From: Candidatus Thalassarchaeaceae archaeon
GTDB lineage: Archaea > Thermoplasmatota > Poseidoniia > Poseidoniales > Thalassarchaeaceae
DNA length: 15,784 bases
Assembly: GCA_030747675.1 (NCBI GenBank)
Contig: JASLKH010000029.1
Coordinates: forward strand, 1-15,784
Reading direction: 5' to 3'
In this document: one piece after another, positions 14,460-15,784 of the stretch
Layout: each line of letters opens with the position of its first letter
How positions within the stretch are numbered: the first letter of the stretch is position 1
Translations under genes and position numbers: made by a program
The notes under the pieces: generated by a model
Database searches by the model: none
What the model was told of the DNA's origin: nothing
What the model saw: only the letters and a program-made list of their open reading frames with translations

Positions 14460-15784
14460 ATGAATCGACGACCGAATGTTCTCGGAATTGCGATTATATC
14501 TGCCATTTATTGGGGTGCTTTGTTTTACTGGCAATGGGATGCTTTGTTTAGCGGTGACGAAGAAGTTGCCAACAATGCTTTGATTGCGGTGGCAACATCA
14601 ATTCCGTATGTAGCATTCGTCATTTGGGGAACATCAACAGATCTTCCTGACAATGTTAAGGATATGAAATATATTGGTCGTGGACTAAAACCTGTTGTCT
14701 GGGTTTCTGTTATGATCGGCCTTGGAATTTGGGGTTGGATTGATCATGAAATGGTTGGTTTCCTCTTGGTTGGTATTGGACTAATGGGGGTCATGGCAGG
14801 TCTTTGTTTGACTTGCTTGCTTTATACAGGCGATGAAAGTAGTCGCCTCTATGCACTAAAGCGCTTAGTCGATGTCTATCCATCTATTACAAAACCAGAA
14901 GGGCACGTCAGATTCAACTCAAAGTTGTGGACAACAACCTTCGTTCTAATCATTTATTTCGCCATGACAAATGTCATGATTTGGGGACTTTCAGAAGCTA
15001 CCATCGATATTTTCAGCAGCTTCAGAGCCATTATGGCTGGCGCCTCAGGTTCAATTATGCACCTTGGAATTGGACCAATTGTTACAGGTTCAATTATCAT
15101 GCAACTGTTCGCTGGTGCCAAAATTATCAAACTTGATTTGGGTGACAGCGATGATAAACAATTGTACCAAGGTATTCAGAAGATCTTGGTTATGATTATG
15201 ATTCCGGTTGAATCAATCCCTCAAGTGTACGGGTTCCTTGATGCAAGTCCCGAGTTAGTAGGTCAATTTGGTCAAGGTTGGGCGAATGCAATCATTGTCA
15301 GTCAATTGTTTATTGGCTCGTTACTCGTGTTCTTATTGGACGAATTAGTTAGCAAGTGGGGCATTGGTTCGGGTATCTCACTTTTCATTGCTGCAGGTGT
15401 CGCACAATCGACATTCGTAGGTACATTATCGCCATTGGCAGTGAGTTCCGGTGCCTATAGCGTGCAAAATCCGCCTGCAGGGACCTTACCCATGATTTTC
15501 TACACTTTACGGACAGCGACGTTCTCAGAGATGGTTTCTGCCAATGGTTTCGAATCAATACTACTGGGCGACGCCGTTCACCCCAATGCAGTGGTAGCTC
15601 TATTCTCAAGCGTAATTGTATTCCTAGTTGTGGCGTATGCTGAAAGTTCCAAATTGGAATTGCCATTGACGCATGGAAAGGTTCGCGGTCATCGCGGCCA
15701 ATATCCAATTAGGTTGGTTTATGCAAGTAACATTCCAGTGATTCTAATGGCTGCTTTATTGGCAAACTTGAACATGTTTACTTT
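14460..15784 (+). CDS. secY: Protein translocase subunit SecY (Sec61 alpha), 3'-partial, with a ~124-aa hydrophobic N-terminal extension
   Basis: Hand-translated with no stop from ATG 14460 (SD GGGTGA at 14448-14453) to the window end. SecY motifs: PSITKPEGHV, MAGASGSIMHLGIGPIVTGSIIMQL, LDELVSKWGIGSGISLFIAAGV, YPIRLVYASNIPVIL. Absent from the ORF track because it has no stop in the window. Confidence 0.95.
   Translation, partial: MNRRPNVLGIAIISAIYWGALFYWQWDALFSGDEEVANNALIAVATSIPYVAFVIWGTSTDLPDNVKDMKYIGRGLKPVVWVSVMIGLGIWGWIDHEMVGFLLVGIGLMGVMAGLCLTCLLYTGDESSRLYALKRLVDVYPSITKPEGHVRFNSKLWTTTFVLIIYFAMTNVMIWGLSEATIDIFSSFRAIMAGASGSIMHLGIGPIVTGSIIMQLFAGAKIIKLDLGDSDDKQLYQGIQKILVMIMIPVESIPQVYGFLDASPELVGQFGQGWANAIIVSQLFIGSLLVFLLDELVSKWGIGSGISLFIAAGVAQSTFVGTLSPLAVSSGAYSVQNPPAGTLPMIFYTLRTATFSEMVSANGFESILLGDAVHPNAVVALFSSVIVFLVVAYAESSKLELPLTHGKVRGHRGQYPIRLVYASNIPVILMAALLANLNMFT

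Noticed and set aside
14927-15708. Track ORFs 14927..15136 (+) and 15385..15708 (-)
   Set aside because: Both lie inside the secY frame, which has unambiguous motifs.
1-15784. CRISPR arrays, IS elements, integrases, defence genes
   Set aside because: No regularly spaced repeats, terminal inverted repeats or unexplained ORF space; the window is almost fully accounted for by core genes.

Overview
Archaeal housekeeping region, probably Thermoplasmatota and plausibly Marine Group II/Poseidoniales (inferred from protein style, not verified). The minus strand carries a Hef/FANCM-type DEAH helicase (6..1835) that stops without an ERCC4 nuclease domain. After a 300-bp divergent, highly structured intergenic region, the plus strand carries the complete canonical archaeal S10-spc cluster: rpl3-rpl4-rpl23-rpl2-rps19-rpl22-rps3-rpl29-aIF1(SUI1)-rnp1-rps17-rpl14-rpl24-rps4e-rpl5-rps14-rps8-rpl6-rpl32e-rpl19e-rpl18-rps5-rpl30-rpl15-secY. 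secY is absent from the ORF track because it runs off the window. The most unusual items are (1) a SecY with an in-frame ~124-aa N-terminal extension of four predicted TM helices and an apparent scar of a former stop/start junction, (2) a SAP domain plus acidic linker fused to eL32, (3) a candidate structured rpl3 leader with a UUCG hairpin, a box D/C K-loop-like motif and an anti-SD, and (4) insertions in several ribosomal proteins at the exit tunnel or exit site. No mobile elements, CRISPR arrays, tRNAs or rRNAs were recognised. Comparisons to orthologues are from memory and approximate.
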